DNA from: Macrostomum hystrix
Lineage: Eukaryota; Animalia; Platyhelminthes
Length of the DNA stretch: 64,000 nucleotides
Assembly: GCA_950097015.1 (NCBI GenBank)
Contig: CATNEN010000030.1
Location: 4,402,001 to 4,466,000 of the forward strand
Direction: 5' to 3'
The notes under the pieces were generated by a model. The model did no database searches and was not told the DNA's origin. It saw nothing but the letters and a program-made list of their open reading frames with translations. Positions 1 through 10,440 of the stretch are shown one piece after another (position 1 is the first letter of the stretch; every line of letters begins with the position of its first letter). Both the position numbers and the translations under genes were made by a program.

Positions 1-1099
1 CACATGCCCATGAGTCCCAGCTCATCCATGTTTCAGCAGCTGCGATACACTCAATCTCTGGGCGCCATCAACAGAGCGATAGGCATCTCGGAGAGCAGTA
101 ATTTTTCCCATTCGCTGGACAGCTAAAAGCAGAAAAATTTGAGCGGAATTTCGGCCCGCAAATCCGGTTTGTTGGCCTATTCTTAAAGAAAAAAGACAAG
201 CTTTTTATCCCTATTTATTTCGATGTGATAACAAATTTATTTCTCCAACTCGATGCGAACAGGTCACCAGCTCTGTCCCCACCCTGACCGGCAGTAAAAT
301 GGCCAAAACGGACTCAACATTGAGTCGCATCCACTACAGCACCGCCGCGGCACACGGTCCATTATTGATGGCCCTGCACTCCCTTAATCAGCGCGGCAAA
401 TCGGTGCTTTTCTCCAACTGGCATCGAATTTCTCCAGCCAGTCCCCAGCGGTCGCATTGCTGTCCGAGTCTGCGCGGATGCTGCAAGCTGACCAGGGAGA
501 AACTTAGCCCACGGAAACCAATTTGAGAAGCAATTGAGTTCACAAGTGTTTGCCTGGCAGGTCTCAAAAAATGGCTCTGCGATGAGCATCACCTTCTTTC
601 ATTTAGTCTCCACGGGCCTGAGTTCAAGTGGAACTGGGGAGCAGGGACTCAAAAGAGGAAAGCGGATCTCTTACAACTAGCAAAACAGCGACAGCAACCA
701 CCTGTTTCTCCTCACAGGAGGTCACCGGCTGGGATCAGTTTTGATCAATTCCTCTAAGCGAATCCAAACATTCCGCACACTTTGAGAAAGAAATCTGATA
801 AAGAGGCTACTCATGACCCGCGACAGCAAACAGCTCAGGGATGAACAGCAAACTTAACTGGTGTGCCAGAATCTGACAAACAATAATTCATGGGCTAATG
901 GCGGAATTGCTTATTTAGACTGGAGCTGCTGTTTGCTTTAAAAAAAGCCACTCGTCGGAATATCTGAGTAGGGGTCATCACCGACTGAACTCATCACTCT
1001 ACTCACTACCGCCAGTAGCACTTGCGGTTTGTTGGACTGCATTTCCAATTTTCGATACCCTTGCATTTCGTCCTTAGCTCCTCATCTCCATCTCCCTGC

Positions 1100-1620
1100 A
1101 TCTCTCTCTCTTCCTTTCCCATCTCTCTCTCTCTATTCCTTTCCCATCTCTCTCTCTCTATTCCTTACCCATCTCTCTCTATTCCTTTCCCATCTCTCTC
1201 TATTCCTTTCCCATCTCTCTCTATTCCTTTCCCATCTCTCTCTATTCCTTTCCCATCTCTCTCTATTCCTTTCCCATCTCTCTCTATTCCTTTCCCATCT
1301 CTCTCTATTCCTTTCCAATCTCTCTCTATTCCTTTCCCATCTCTCTCTATTCCTTTCCCATCTCTCTCTATTCCTTTCCCATCTCTCTCTATTCCTTTCC
1401 CATCTATCTCTATTCCTTTCCAATCTCTCTCTATTCCTTTCCCATCTCTCTCTATTCCTTTCCCATCTCTCTCTATTCCTTTCCCATCTCTCTCTATTCC
1501 TTTCCCATCTCTCTCTATTCCTTTCCCATCTCTCTCTCCCTTTCCCATCACTCTCTATTCCTTTCCCATCTCTCTCTATTCCTTTCCCATCTCTCTCTAT
1601 TCATTTCCAATCTCTCTCTT
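1100..1620. repeat. 21-bp CT-rich minisatellite (CTCTCTCTATTCCTTTCCCAT)n
   Basis: Direct tandem periodicity; generates the spurious SLSIPFP/ERDGKGI ORFs. Confidence 0.95.
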
Positions 1621-2580
1621 TATCTTCCTTTTCCATCTGCAATAAAAAAGTGCAGCAAAAAGTGAAGGTCTTTTCATGGTCATGCAGAAACTGTTGAAAG
1701 TACGAGCAGTTGCAATAGTGTCTGAAGCGACAAGAACCGTTCGCGTCAAATTTATTTTTGAAGTAAAGCAATGGTATTATCAGTTGTGGCAAAACTAGTA
1801 AAATTAAAGTTCGCGTCAAATATTATTTAAATTAATAGTGTTACACCGACACAAAGTTACAACAAACAAAGAAAATCTAACTCTGGCCTCAATAAGTACC
1901 TGAATAAACTATTTCTTACAATCTTCAGGCTTAAAATACTAAACAGTAGAAATATTTGGTCACTTTCGCAAAACCAAAATATTTGCGAACAAAAATTCAT
2001 ACCATACTACTGTTAGTAAACATGTTAGCCGCTGTCCTGTTGCGAGTGTGGTTTTCCACACACATAGCGAGTAATTATCTCATTAAATTCGCAAACCAAT
2101 TACCATGGCAACAGAAGCCAATTATCGTTAAATTTATTGTAAATATACTGTCATTTGTGATTGACCTGATAGCAGTAATAAAATAGTTTGCGAATCATTT
2201 GGTACTAGAGAATTGAAGAGAGTCCAGCTCAATTAATCAATAGATAACTAGAAAATGGATCAGTTAGCCCGAAGTGAAACGGGAGAAATTTTAAACAAGT
2301 AAATAGAGTAAATCGTTTCAAACAGTTCATCAATAAAATAGCGTATGCTACAGTAATAATACGGCACGTACTTACTTTTTGCCTCAACTGCACAGACGTT
2401 GGTTAATAATGGAAAAATATTTCAATGGTAAAACAGAAAAGTCCAATTGTTTTATATTCAATTAACTCCGGGATTCCAATTTGACATCTTTGTACTTTTG
2501 AATCTTTGAATCTTACAACTGAGTTAACTGAAGCACTAAAGAATTAAGTGTCTTGCTTAAACACAAAAAAATTGTCTTTC

Positions 2581-2646
2581 ACTGGCTGAGATTCGAACTC
2601 TCGACCTCTGGTCAGAAGTCCGATGCCCAACCACTGACTTCCAATA
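2581..2646 (-). pseudogene. tRNA-like (Arg-TCT-like) relic or SINE head
   Basis: Minus strand reads AGTCAGTGG (A-box-like), GGACTTCTGACC (anticodon-arm-like) and GAGTTCGAATCTC (B box/T-arm); acceptor stem not convincing. Confidence 0.5.
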
Positions 2647-2784
2647 TATGTACGCTATGATAATAATAATAGAGGGAGTGGAATAAAAAACCACTCCAGC
2701 CTCGAAGAGCCGTATAAAATCACAGAGATACGACCATGTTTCCGAGAAACAGTGAGCCCAGTTCTCCCCTAGACAATGTCCCAA

Positions 2785-4452
2785 TTAGGAGCGCATCAGG
2801 CAGCCAAGGAGGAAGTCCTCGAATGGCTCGCCCCGGCCTTCGGTTCTGTAGCGATTGGCGCTGGCGGCGATCAGCGCGTTCAGCGAGATGAAGCCGTCAA
2901 GGCCGACATGGCCAACAGGAGGCTTGGCAAATCTCCTGGCTGCTTGATTGACAAAGCTGGGCGAGAAGGCGCACGAGTGCACTCGGTTCAGGGCGTTGGC
3001 CAACTCGCTGGGCGTCAGCTGGCGCGATCGGCTGGCGTCGAAGTCGACAAAGACGGCCCGCCAGTGACGGACAAAGTTGAAGATGGCCTGGGGATTGGGA
3101 TGGGCAGTCGGGAATAAGGATTGTTACCAGTATAACTAGCTATAATTATCATTGTTAACTGCCACATTGAGACGAATATGAATAGGAATGCACGAAAAGA
3201 AAGGTAAAGAAACGAGGGAAAAATAAAAAAACGGGAGAAAAAAACAGTGGGGAAAAATACAAAAAAATGTTTGAGATAGCGCAATAACTCGCTGTCTTCT
3301 TATAGTCTTGCTGTCCTCTCTGTCTCATATTTCTATCTGTGCGCCAACCTCATTTTTCCTGCCCCCATGCTCGTACATGTGTCAGACGCTTCTCTCTCCT
3401 CTAATGTACATTTCTTTATGCTCAATGCTAACAGTGAACAATACTCTTAATAAATACATCGCACTGCCCAAGTAGGGGCCTGAAGACTTTTCAATACTGC
3501 AAAATCATGAACTGAACTCTTACAGTATCTACTTCTCATGGGACAGATTCTGAGATGTCTACTTCTCATGGGACAGATTCTGAGGTGTCTACTTCTCATG
3601 GGACAGATTCTGAGATGTCTACTTCTCATGGGACAGATTCTGAGGTGTCTACTTCTCATGGGACAGATTCTGAGGTGTCTACTTCTCATGGGACAGATTC
3701 TGAGATGTCTACTTCTCATGGGACAGATTCTGAGGTGTCTACTTCTCATGAGACTGATTCTGAGGTGTCTACTTCTCATGTTTTCATGGAGTACAAACTG
3801 ATTTCGCAGCCTCACCTCGAACTCTCTAACATCGATTGTGCCGCTGCGATCCGCGTCAAACATGCTCACAAGCATCTGGCAGGTGGCCAGCTCAAACGAC
3901 TGACCATCGTCATTGATCAGCGCACTCTGCAGCTCCGGCACAGTGATAGAACCGTCCCGGTTTTCGTCAACAACGGCGAACCAACTGGCCACCTCCGGGT
4001 TAATATTGGTAGGAAGCTGCAGTACTGGAGGCTGCGGCTGACGCTGCTGCGAGTTGTACGGCGGCCGCTGTGAGTTGTACGGCGGCTGCTGCGAGTTGTA
4101 CGGCGGCTGCTGTGAGTTGTACGGCGGCTGCTGTGAGTTGTACGGCTGCTGCGAGTTGTACGGCGGCTGCTGCGAGTTGTACGGCGGCTGCTGTGTGTTG
4201 TACGGTGGCTGCTGCGAGTTGTACGGTGGCTGCTGCGAGTTGTACGGCGGCTGCTGTGGGTTGTACGGCGGCTGCTGCGAGTTGTACGGCGGCTGTTGCG
4301 GGTTGTATGGTGGCTGATTAGGATTATACGGCTGACCTGGGAAGCCTGGCGGATGCCCCGGGTTGCCAACTCCGCCTTGATTCGGTCTGGCCGGATCCTT
4401 ATAGGCCGGCGGAGCGCTTGCGTCCCCGTAATTTGGGGCGTTTGTATTATAG
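2785..4452 (-). CDS. Penta-EF-hand protein, ALG-2/peflin-like paralogue 1; exons 4452-3816 and 3087-2785, first exon not located
   Basis: EF loops DENRDGSITVPE, DADRSGTIDVRE, DASRSRQLTPSE; in-frame phase-0 splice FE|GTGAG...CAG|AIF; N-terminus rich in G/P/Y/Q. Confidence 0.85.
3525..3780. repeat. 30-bp intronic minisatellite (TCTACTTCTCATGGGACAGATTCTGAGGTG)n
   Basis: Exact 30-bp period inside the PEF-1 intron. Confidence 0.95.
4050..4320 (-). repeat. 21-bp coding minisatellite encoding (PPYNSQQ)n in the PEF-1 N-terminus
   Basis: The repeat is open in the same frame as the downstream EF-hand sequence (…PPYNSQQRQPQPPVLQLPTNINPEVASWF). Confidence 0.8.
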
Positions 4453-4584
4453 CTGTAAGACTGCGAGTTTGAAAGGGAGAAGTAAGGTTAGATCCACTAG
4501 TGGAAGACTAAACTACTCTTGTATTCTTATATGAAATATTGTCCTTTAATCCAGTCATTCTCTTTACAATTACATCCTCAGCCC

Positions 4585-5530
4585 GCCAGAATCAGCTCCC
4601 AGATCCCAGAGATGGACAGCCACTCTCCCAGATCCTCAGGTTGGACAGCCACTCTCCCAGATCCTCATGATGGACAGCCACTCTCACAGATCCTCAGGAT
4701 GGACAGCCACTATCCCAGATCCGCAGGATGGACAGCCACTCTCCCAGATCCTCATGATGGACAGCCACTCTCCCAGATCCTCATAATAGACAGCCACTCT
4801 CCCAGATCCTCATAATAGACAGCCACTCTCCCAGATCCTCAGGATGGACAGCCACTCTCCCAGATCCTCATAATAGACAGCCACTCTCCCAGATCCTCAG
4901 GATGGACAGCCACTATCCCAGATCCTCAGGATGGACAGCCACTATCCCAGATCCTCATAATAGACAGCCACACTCCCAGATCCTCATGATGGACAGCCAC
5001 TCTCCCAGATCCTCATAATAGACAGCCACTCTCCCAGATCCTCAGGATGGACAGCCACTCTCACAGATCCTCATAATAGACAGCCACTATCCCAGATCCT
5101 CAGGATGGACAGCCACACTCCCAGATCCTCATGATGAACAGCCACTCTCCCGGATCCTCAGGATGGACAGCCACTCTCCCAGATCCTCAGGATGGACAGC
5201 CACTCTCACAGATCCTCATAATAGACAGCCACTATCCCAGATCCTCATGATAGACAGCCACTCTCCCGGATCCTCAGGATGGACAGCATCTCTCCCAGAT
5301 CCTCATAATAGACAGCCACTATCCCAGATCCTCATAATAGACAGCCACTCTCCCAGATCCTCATAATAGACAGCCACTATCCCAGATCCTCATGATGGAC
5401 AGCCACTCTCCCAGATCCTCATGATAGACAGCCACTCTCCCAGATCCTCATGATGGACAGCCACTCTCCCAGATCCTCATGATAGACAGCCACTCTCCCA
5501 GATCCTCATGATGGACAGCCACTCTCACAG
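4585..5530. repeat. 29-bp minisatellite (GACAGCCACTCTCCCAGATCCTCAGGATG)n
   Basis: Tandem 29-bp period with variant units. Confidence 0.95.
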
Positions 5531-6037
5531 GAAATAATATGTCACGCTATAGCCAGAAAAGAAGTTCCCTAAGCAAAAAATGAAAAGCCAAAGTGACGCC
5601 GAGAACCACATAAGCCAGAATGAATAGAAAAAAATCACATCAAGTTCAATAATTATTTGCGTGGTTGGCTGCATGCGATTGCTAAGAGATAACTTTCATA
5701 AGTAACTAAACGTTGAACGCAAGGCACACTTGTTACGTAGAATACTGCAGCAGTGATTTGCAGTTGAAAACCAAGATCGGATTTGTTTCATTAATTTCTT
5801 TTTGTCAAGCCCTACGAAAAATAAAACGATAGAGAAAAATAAAAGATCAGACGAGAATTACTGAATAAAAATAGGTTAAAATGTGTAAAACTGCTACTAG
5901 AATTTTGTGTGTCAGTAGGGTCTCTGGAGTATAATAAATACGAAAGATTGGTCTTTGGCTACTACTTATTAAAGAGTTATTATTATAAAAAAATAATGAG
6001 ATTAAATTATTAACCCCAATTATTAATTTCTACTTGA

Positions 6038-6100
6038 AGGGGGTTATCCGAGTGGCTAGACTCACTGCTTGAAGGTCAGAGGTTCGAATTCCCGACACCA
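6038..6100 (+). pseudogene. Degenerate tRNA-like sequence
   Basis: TCCGAGTGG A-box-like and GGTTCGAATTCC B box at tRNA-like spacing. Confidence 0.35.
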
Positions 6101-6747
6101 TTGAAAAATAAGTTTTCTATAGCAATGCACTCAACTCTGCATTGCTTCGGCTCACCCAGCAAAGTCCAAAAGGACTGAACTGCAGCGCAGCAGCTGCGGC
6201 TGTGCTGTCGGCTGCTACACCAATTTGGACAGTTGCAATATACAATGTATAGTTTAGTTATATTCTTAGAAAAGCCGAACTGCTTTAACGAAATCCATTC
6301 AATAAAAGAGAAGGCTGACAATGAGTACATGCATTATGTGACAATAAGAATCGAACTGGGAAGCAACAGCGGGACAAACCATTTTTGGCAAAGTTAAAAG
6401 TAAAAAAAATACTGAAACAATTAAAGTCAAAGAACTTCTAGCAGCTTCGAATAAACAAAACTCTAAACAAATTGCCTACAAATAGCCAATTAGCTCGTAA
6501 TGCTCCAATGATAAACCTGATGCTTATACGGATTTCGGAACTATGAACTTGACTCTGATTAGTAATTGCACAGCAAAATAGCAACTGAAAAGTTATTATT
6601 ATAGAAACTGTTATTAATAAGAAATGGTTAATATGTGTTAATACGCAGTAGCTTATAGTAGAGCAGCAAGACGGTTGGGTTTACAAAAGAAAATAATTTA
6701 ATTACGCGCGCAATAATGCTGGAATAATTATTGGCTTTAATGTCGCC

Positions 6748-8169
6748 TCACACACCAGTATTAATACAATGAATTATAAAGTCTTCGTAGGGCTGACCTC
6801 GGCCATTGATTTCGTAATCTTTGGAATAGCGACTGATCAGCGCGTTCAACGAGATGAACCCGTCAAGATTCATCTCGCCAGCGCCATTCTGCTGAAACCG
6901 GCGCTGGGCCACCTGCAGGAAGCGAGCAGAGAACTGGCGCGAATGAATCTGCTGGAGAGCCGCAGCCAGCTCCTTAGTATCGATTAGGCCGGACCTGTCA
7001 GCATCGTACGACAGGAATATGCCACGCCACCGCTGCACATAGTTGTAGATTGCCTGCGAATTTCATACAATGCTCAACCTTAGACTATGGCCACTTGTGA
7101 CACACCTGCTGCCTACTGACCTCACCTGCTGCCAACTGACCTCACCTGCTGCCTACTGACCTCACCTGCTGCCAACTGACCTCACCTGCTGCCAACTGAC
7201 CTCACCTGCTGCCCACTGACCTCACCTGCTGCCAACTGACCTCACCTGCTGCCCACTGACCTCACCTGCTGCCAACTGACCTCACCTGCTGCCCACTGAC
7301 CTCACCTGCTGCCCACTGACCTCACCTGCTGCCAACTGACCTCACCTGCTGCCTACTGACCTCACCTGCTGCCAACTGACCTCACCTGCTGCCAACTGAC
7401 CTCACCTGCTGCCAACTGACCTCACCTGCTGCCAACTGACCTCACCTGCTGCCTACTGACCTCACCTGCTGCCAACTGACCTCACCTGCTGCCCACTGAC
7501 CTCACCTGCTGCCCACTGACCTCACCTGCTGCCCACTGACCTCACCTGCTGCCCACTGACCTCACCTGCTGCCCACTGACCTCACCTGCTGCCAACTGAC
7601 CTCACCTGCTGCCCTCTGACCTCACCTGCTGCCCTCTGACCTCACCTGCTGCCTACTGACCTCACCTGCTGCCAACTGACCTCACCTGCTGCCAACTGAC
7701 CTCTCCTGCTGCCAACTGACCTCACCTGCTGCCCACTGACCTCACCTGCTGCCCACTGACCTCACCTGCTGCCCACTAACCTAAATGAGCATATTAAGGT
7801 GTGCATTAGCAAAAAGCGTCAACCTCAAACTCTCCCAGCTCGATGCAGCCGCTTTTGTCAACATCGAACATGTTGACGAGCAGTCGGCAGGTGCTCAGGC
7901 CAAAGTGTCGCCAATCGTCTGTAACCAGAGCTTCCTGCAGCTCCTGAACAGTGATGGAGCCGTCGTTGTTTTCGTCCACGGCGTTGAACCACATGGCGAC
8001 CTCTGGATTAACGGGCAGCGGCTGCGGCGCTGACGGAGCAACTGCAGCCGGCGCCGGGGGCCTCGCAGGAGGCGCTACAGCCATAGACTCCTCGTAAGAG
8101 GGCGGTGGGGCCTCGTAGGCCGGCTGGTTGAAGTTGTACTGGAACGACTGCGGCACGGGAAGCAGGGAG
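6748..8169 (-). CDS. Penta-EF-hand protein paralogue 2; exons 8169-7824 and 7053-6748, first exon not located
   Basis: EF loops DENNDGSITVQE, DVDKSGCIELGE, DADRSGLIDTKE; same intron position and phase as paralogue 1; clear paralogy (LDGFISLNALI). Confidence 0.85.
7101..7780. repeat. 20-bp intronic minisatellite (CTCACCTGCTGCCAACTGAC) x ~34
   Basis: Exact 20-bp period inside the PEF-2 intron. Confidence 0.95.
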
Positions 8170-8199
8170 CTGGGTCAATCAGGTATAAAATCCCTTCAA

Positions 8200-8845
8200 C
8201 ATTGGAACTGAGACATCACCTACACTGTCACTATGGGAACTGAGACATCACCTGCACTATCACAATGGGGACCGAGACATCACCTGCACTGTCAGTATGG
8301 GAACCAAGACATCACCTGCACTGTCACTATGGGATCTGAGACATCACCTGCACTGTCAGTATGGGAACTGAGACATCACCTGCACTGTCACAATGGGAAC
8401 TGAGACATCACCTGCACTGTCACAATGGGAACTGAGACATCACCTACACTGTCACTATGGGAACTGAGACATCACCTGCACTATCACAATGGGGACCGAG
8501 ACATCACCTGCACTGTCAGTATGGGAACCAAGACATCACCTGCACTGTCACTATGGGATCTGAGACATCACCTGCACTGTCAGTATGGGAACTGAGACAT
8601 CACCTTCACTATCACTATGGGAACTGAGACATCACCTTCACTGTCACTATGGGAACTGAGACATCACCTGCACTGTCACAATGGGAACTGAGACATCACC
8701 TGCACCGTCAGTATGGGAACCAAGACATCACCTTCACTGTCACTATGGGAACTGAGACATCACCTTCACTGTCACTATGGGAACTGAGACATCACCTTCA
8801 CTGTCACAATGGGGACCGAGACATCACCTTCACTGTCACTATGAA
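8200..8845. repeat. 32-bp minisatellite (GGGAACTGAGACATCACCTGCACTGTCACTAT)n
   Basis: Tandem 32-bp period. Confidence 0.95.
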
Positions 8846-9449
8846 AACTAAAAGGTAATATACTAAGTTTGTTTAGTATTAGAAAATGAGGACAAGAAAA
8901 TTGAGCCATAAAGATTATTCCAAACAAATTTAATTAGCTTAGGGCAATTAAAAGTATCAAATTGGTAGCAAAATGTCATCTAAAATGACAAACTAGCACG
9001 GCAAAGCTTATAAAATGTGTGGCAACAAAAAGACACAAAAGAAAAAAACTTTAAAAAGCTGCTAATAATTTTGTGAAAATAAAATTTTAAAATAAAAGTT
9101 GAAACCTCATTAAATCACAGATTTTAGCAATCAAAACCCGCTGTCTCCTCTCAGTAGAACGCAAAATTGAAAGACGACATGCGATAGAGGAAATGTATAT
9201 TAACGAATACAATCTGAATGGGAAAATACGTACATATACGATTGTAATTGTAAATAAATGATTGAAGTTGGTATAGAAAAAAATCTTGGTTTCATATACA
9301 GTTGTAAAAATATAGCAAGATTTCATAGCTGATAGACAAAAATAATCAAGATGGCTAGATATCAAAACTAATTAACAGGGGCTAAAATTCGAAGCAACAA
9401 CTGACCAAGAAAATACGCCGATAAAAGCGTGGGATATGGCGAAATCAAA

Positions 9450-9760
9450 CCAGAGGATCTGGGTGGGTCACCCCAGAGGATCTGGGTGGGTCACTCCAGA
9501 GGATCTGGGTGGGTCACTCCAGAGGATCTGGGTGGGTCACTCCAGAGGATCAACAAGATTCACGCCAAAGGATCAAGGAAGTTCACACAGGAGGATTAAG
9601 GAAATTCCCACAGGAGGATCAATGAGATTCACTGCAGAGGATCAATGAGATTCACTGCAGAGGATCAATGAGATTCACTGCAGAGAATCAATGAGATTCA
9701 CTGCAGAGGATCAATGAGATTCACTGCAGAGAATCAAGGATATTTGTAGCAGAGGATCGG
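9450..9760. repeat. 23-bp minisatellite with two unit types sharing CAGAGGATC
   Basis: Period 23 in both the GGGTGGGTCAC and AATGAGATTCAC variants. Confidence 0.8.
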
Positions 9761-9852
9761 CTTAAGTCACACAAGAGGATTAAGAAGATTCCCATGCAGT
9801 ATGCTATTAATCAAGTAGCAATAAACATCCGTTTAAATTTGTCATTCGTCAA

Positions 9853-10440
9853 TCAGCCAGACGCAGCCGCGGATGCCGCAGCGCCATCGTCTCCAAGTTG
9901 GCCCTCTCCATCCAGCATTCTAGGCAGCTCGCGCAGCAGATATTCCTCCAGCGAGGGAGCCGTGTACCGATGCCCGCCAGCTTTGAACACTTTGGCTAGC
10001 CGAGTGAGGCAGGCGTTCAGGGCGAGAAATGCGTCAAGACTCAGAGCCATTCTGCGTACAGAGCGAGGCAGTCGCGATTTTAGTACCACCAACAGGCGGG
10101 AGATGAACTGGGCGGAGAACTGGTGCTTGTAGATGGTGCTAAGAGCCACCAGCAGCTCGAACTGATCGATGCTGCCGGACTGATCATGATCCTGGTCCAG
10201 AAAGGTCGTTGACCATTCGTGCAGAAATGAGCGCAGTTCAAGAAATTCGCTAAACTCAAGCTGGCCGTTTCTAATGTGAGTGTCAAAAATACGAACCAGC
10301 AGGCGGCAGGTGGGCAAGGCGAATGGCTTGCAGGCCGGGCTGAGGAGCCCGCAGCGCAGCTCCTGGGCGCTGATCAGGCCGTCGCCATTTTGATCTAGCA
10401 GGTCAAACCATTCGCGAGCTTCGACAGCGTCTCGGTCCAT
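9853..10440 (-). CDS. Penta-EF-hand protein paralogue 3, intronless over the EF region
   Basis: 195-aa ORF with EF loops DQNGDGLISAQE and DHDQSGSIDQFE; aligns with paralogues 1 and 2 (FALPTCRLLV, LDAFLALNA). Confidence 0.85.
   Translation of the reverse strand: MDRDAVEAREWFDLLDQNGDGLISAQELRCGLLSPACKPFALPTCRLLVRIFDTHIRNGQLEFSEFLELRSFLHEWSTTFLDQDHDQSGSIDQFELLVALSTIYKHQFSAQFISRLLVVLKSRLPRSVRRMALSLDAFLALNACLTRLAKVFKAGGHRYTAPSLEEYLLRELPRMLDGEGQLGDDGAAASAAASG

Noticed and set aside
1-600. Exon-like GC-richer segments (open frame 1-126; ORF 299-526)
   Set aside because: No recognisable domain and no consistent splice model; may be the tail of a gene outside the window
1022-1697. Long ORFs in several frames
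   Set aside because: Artefacts of the stop-free 21-bp repeat
3525-8845. Regular arrays as CRISPR candidates
   Set aside because: Head-to-tail repeats without unique spacers, eukaryotic context, no cas genes
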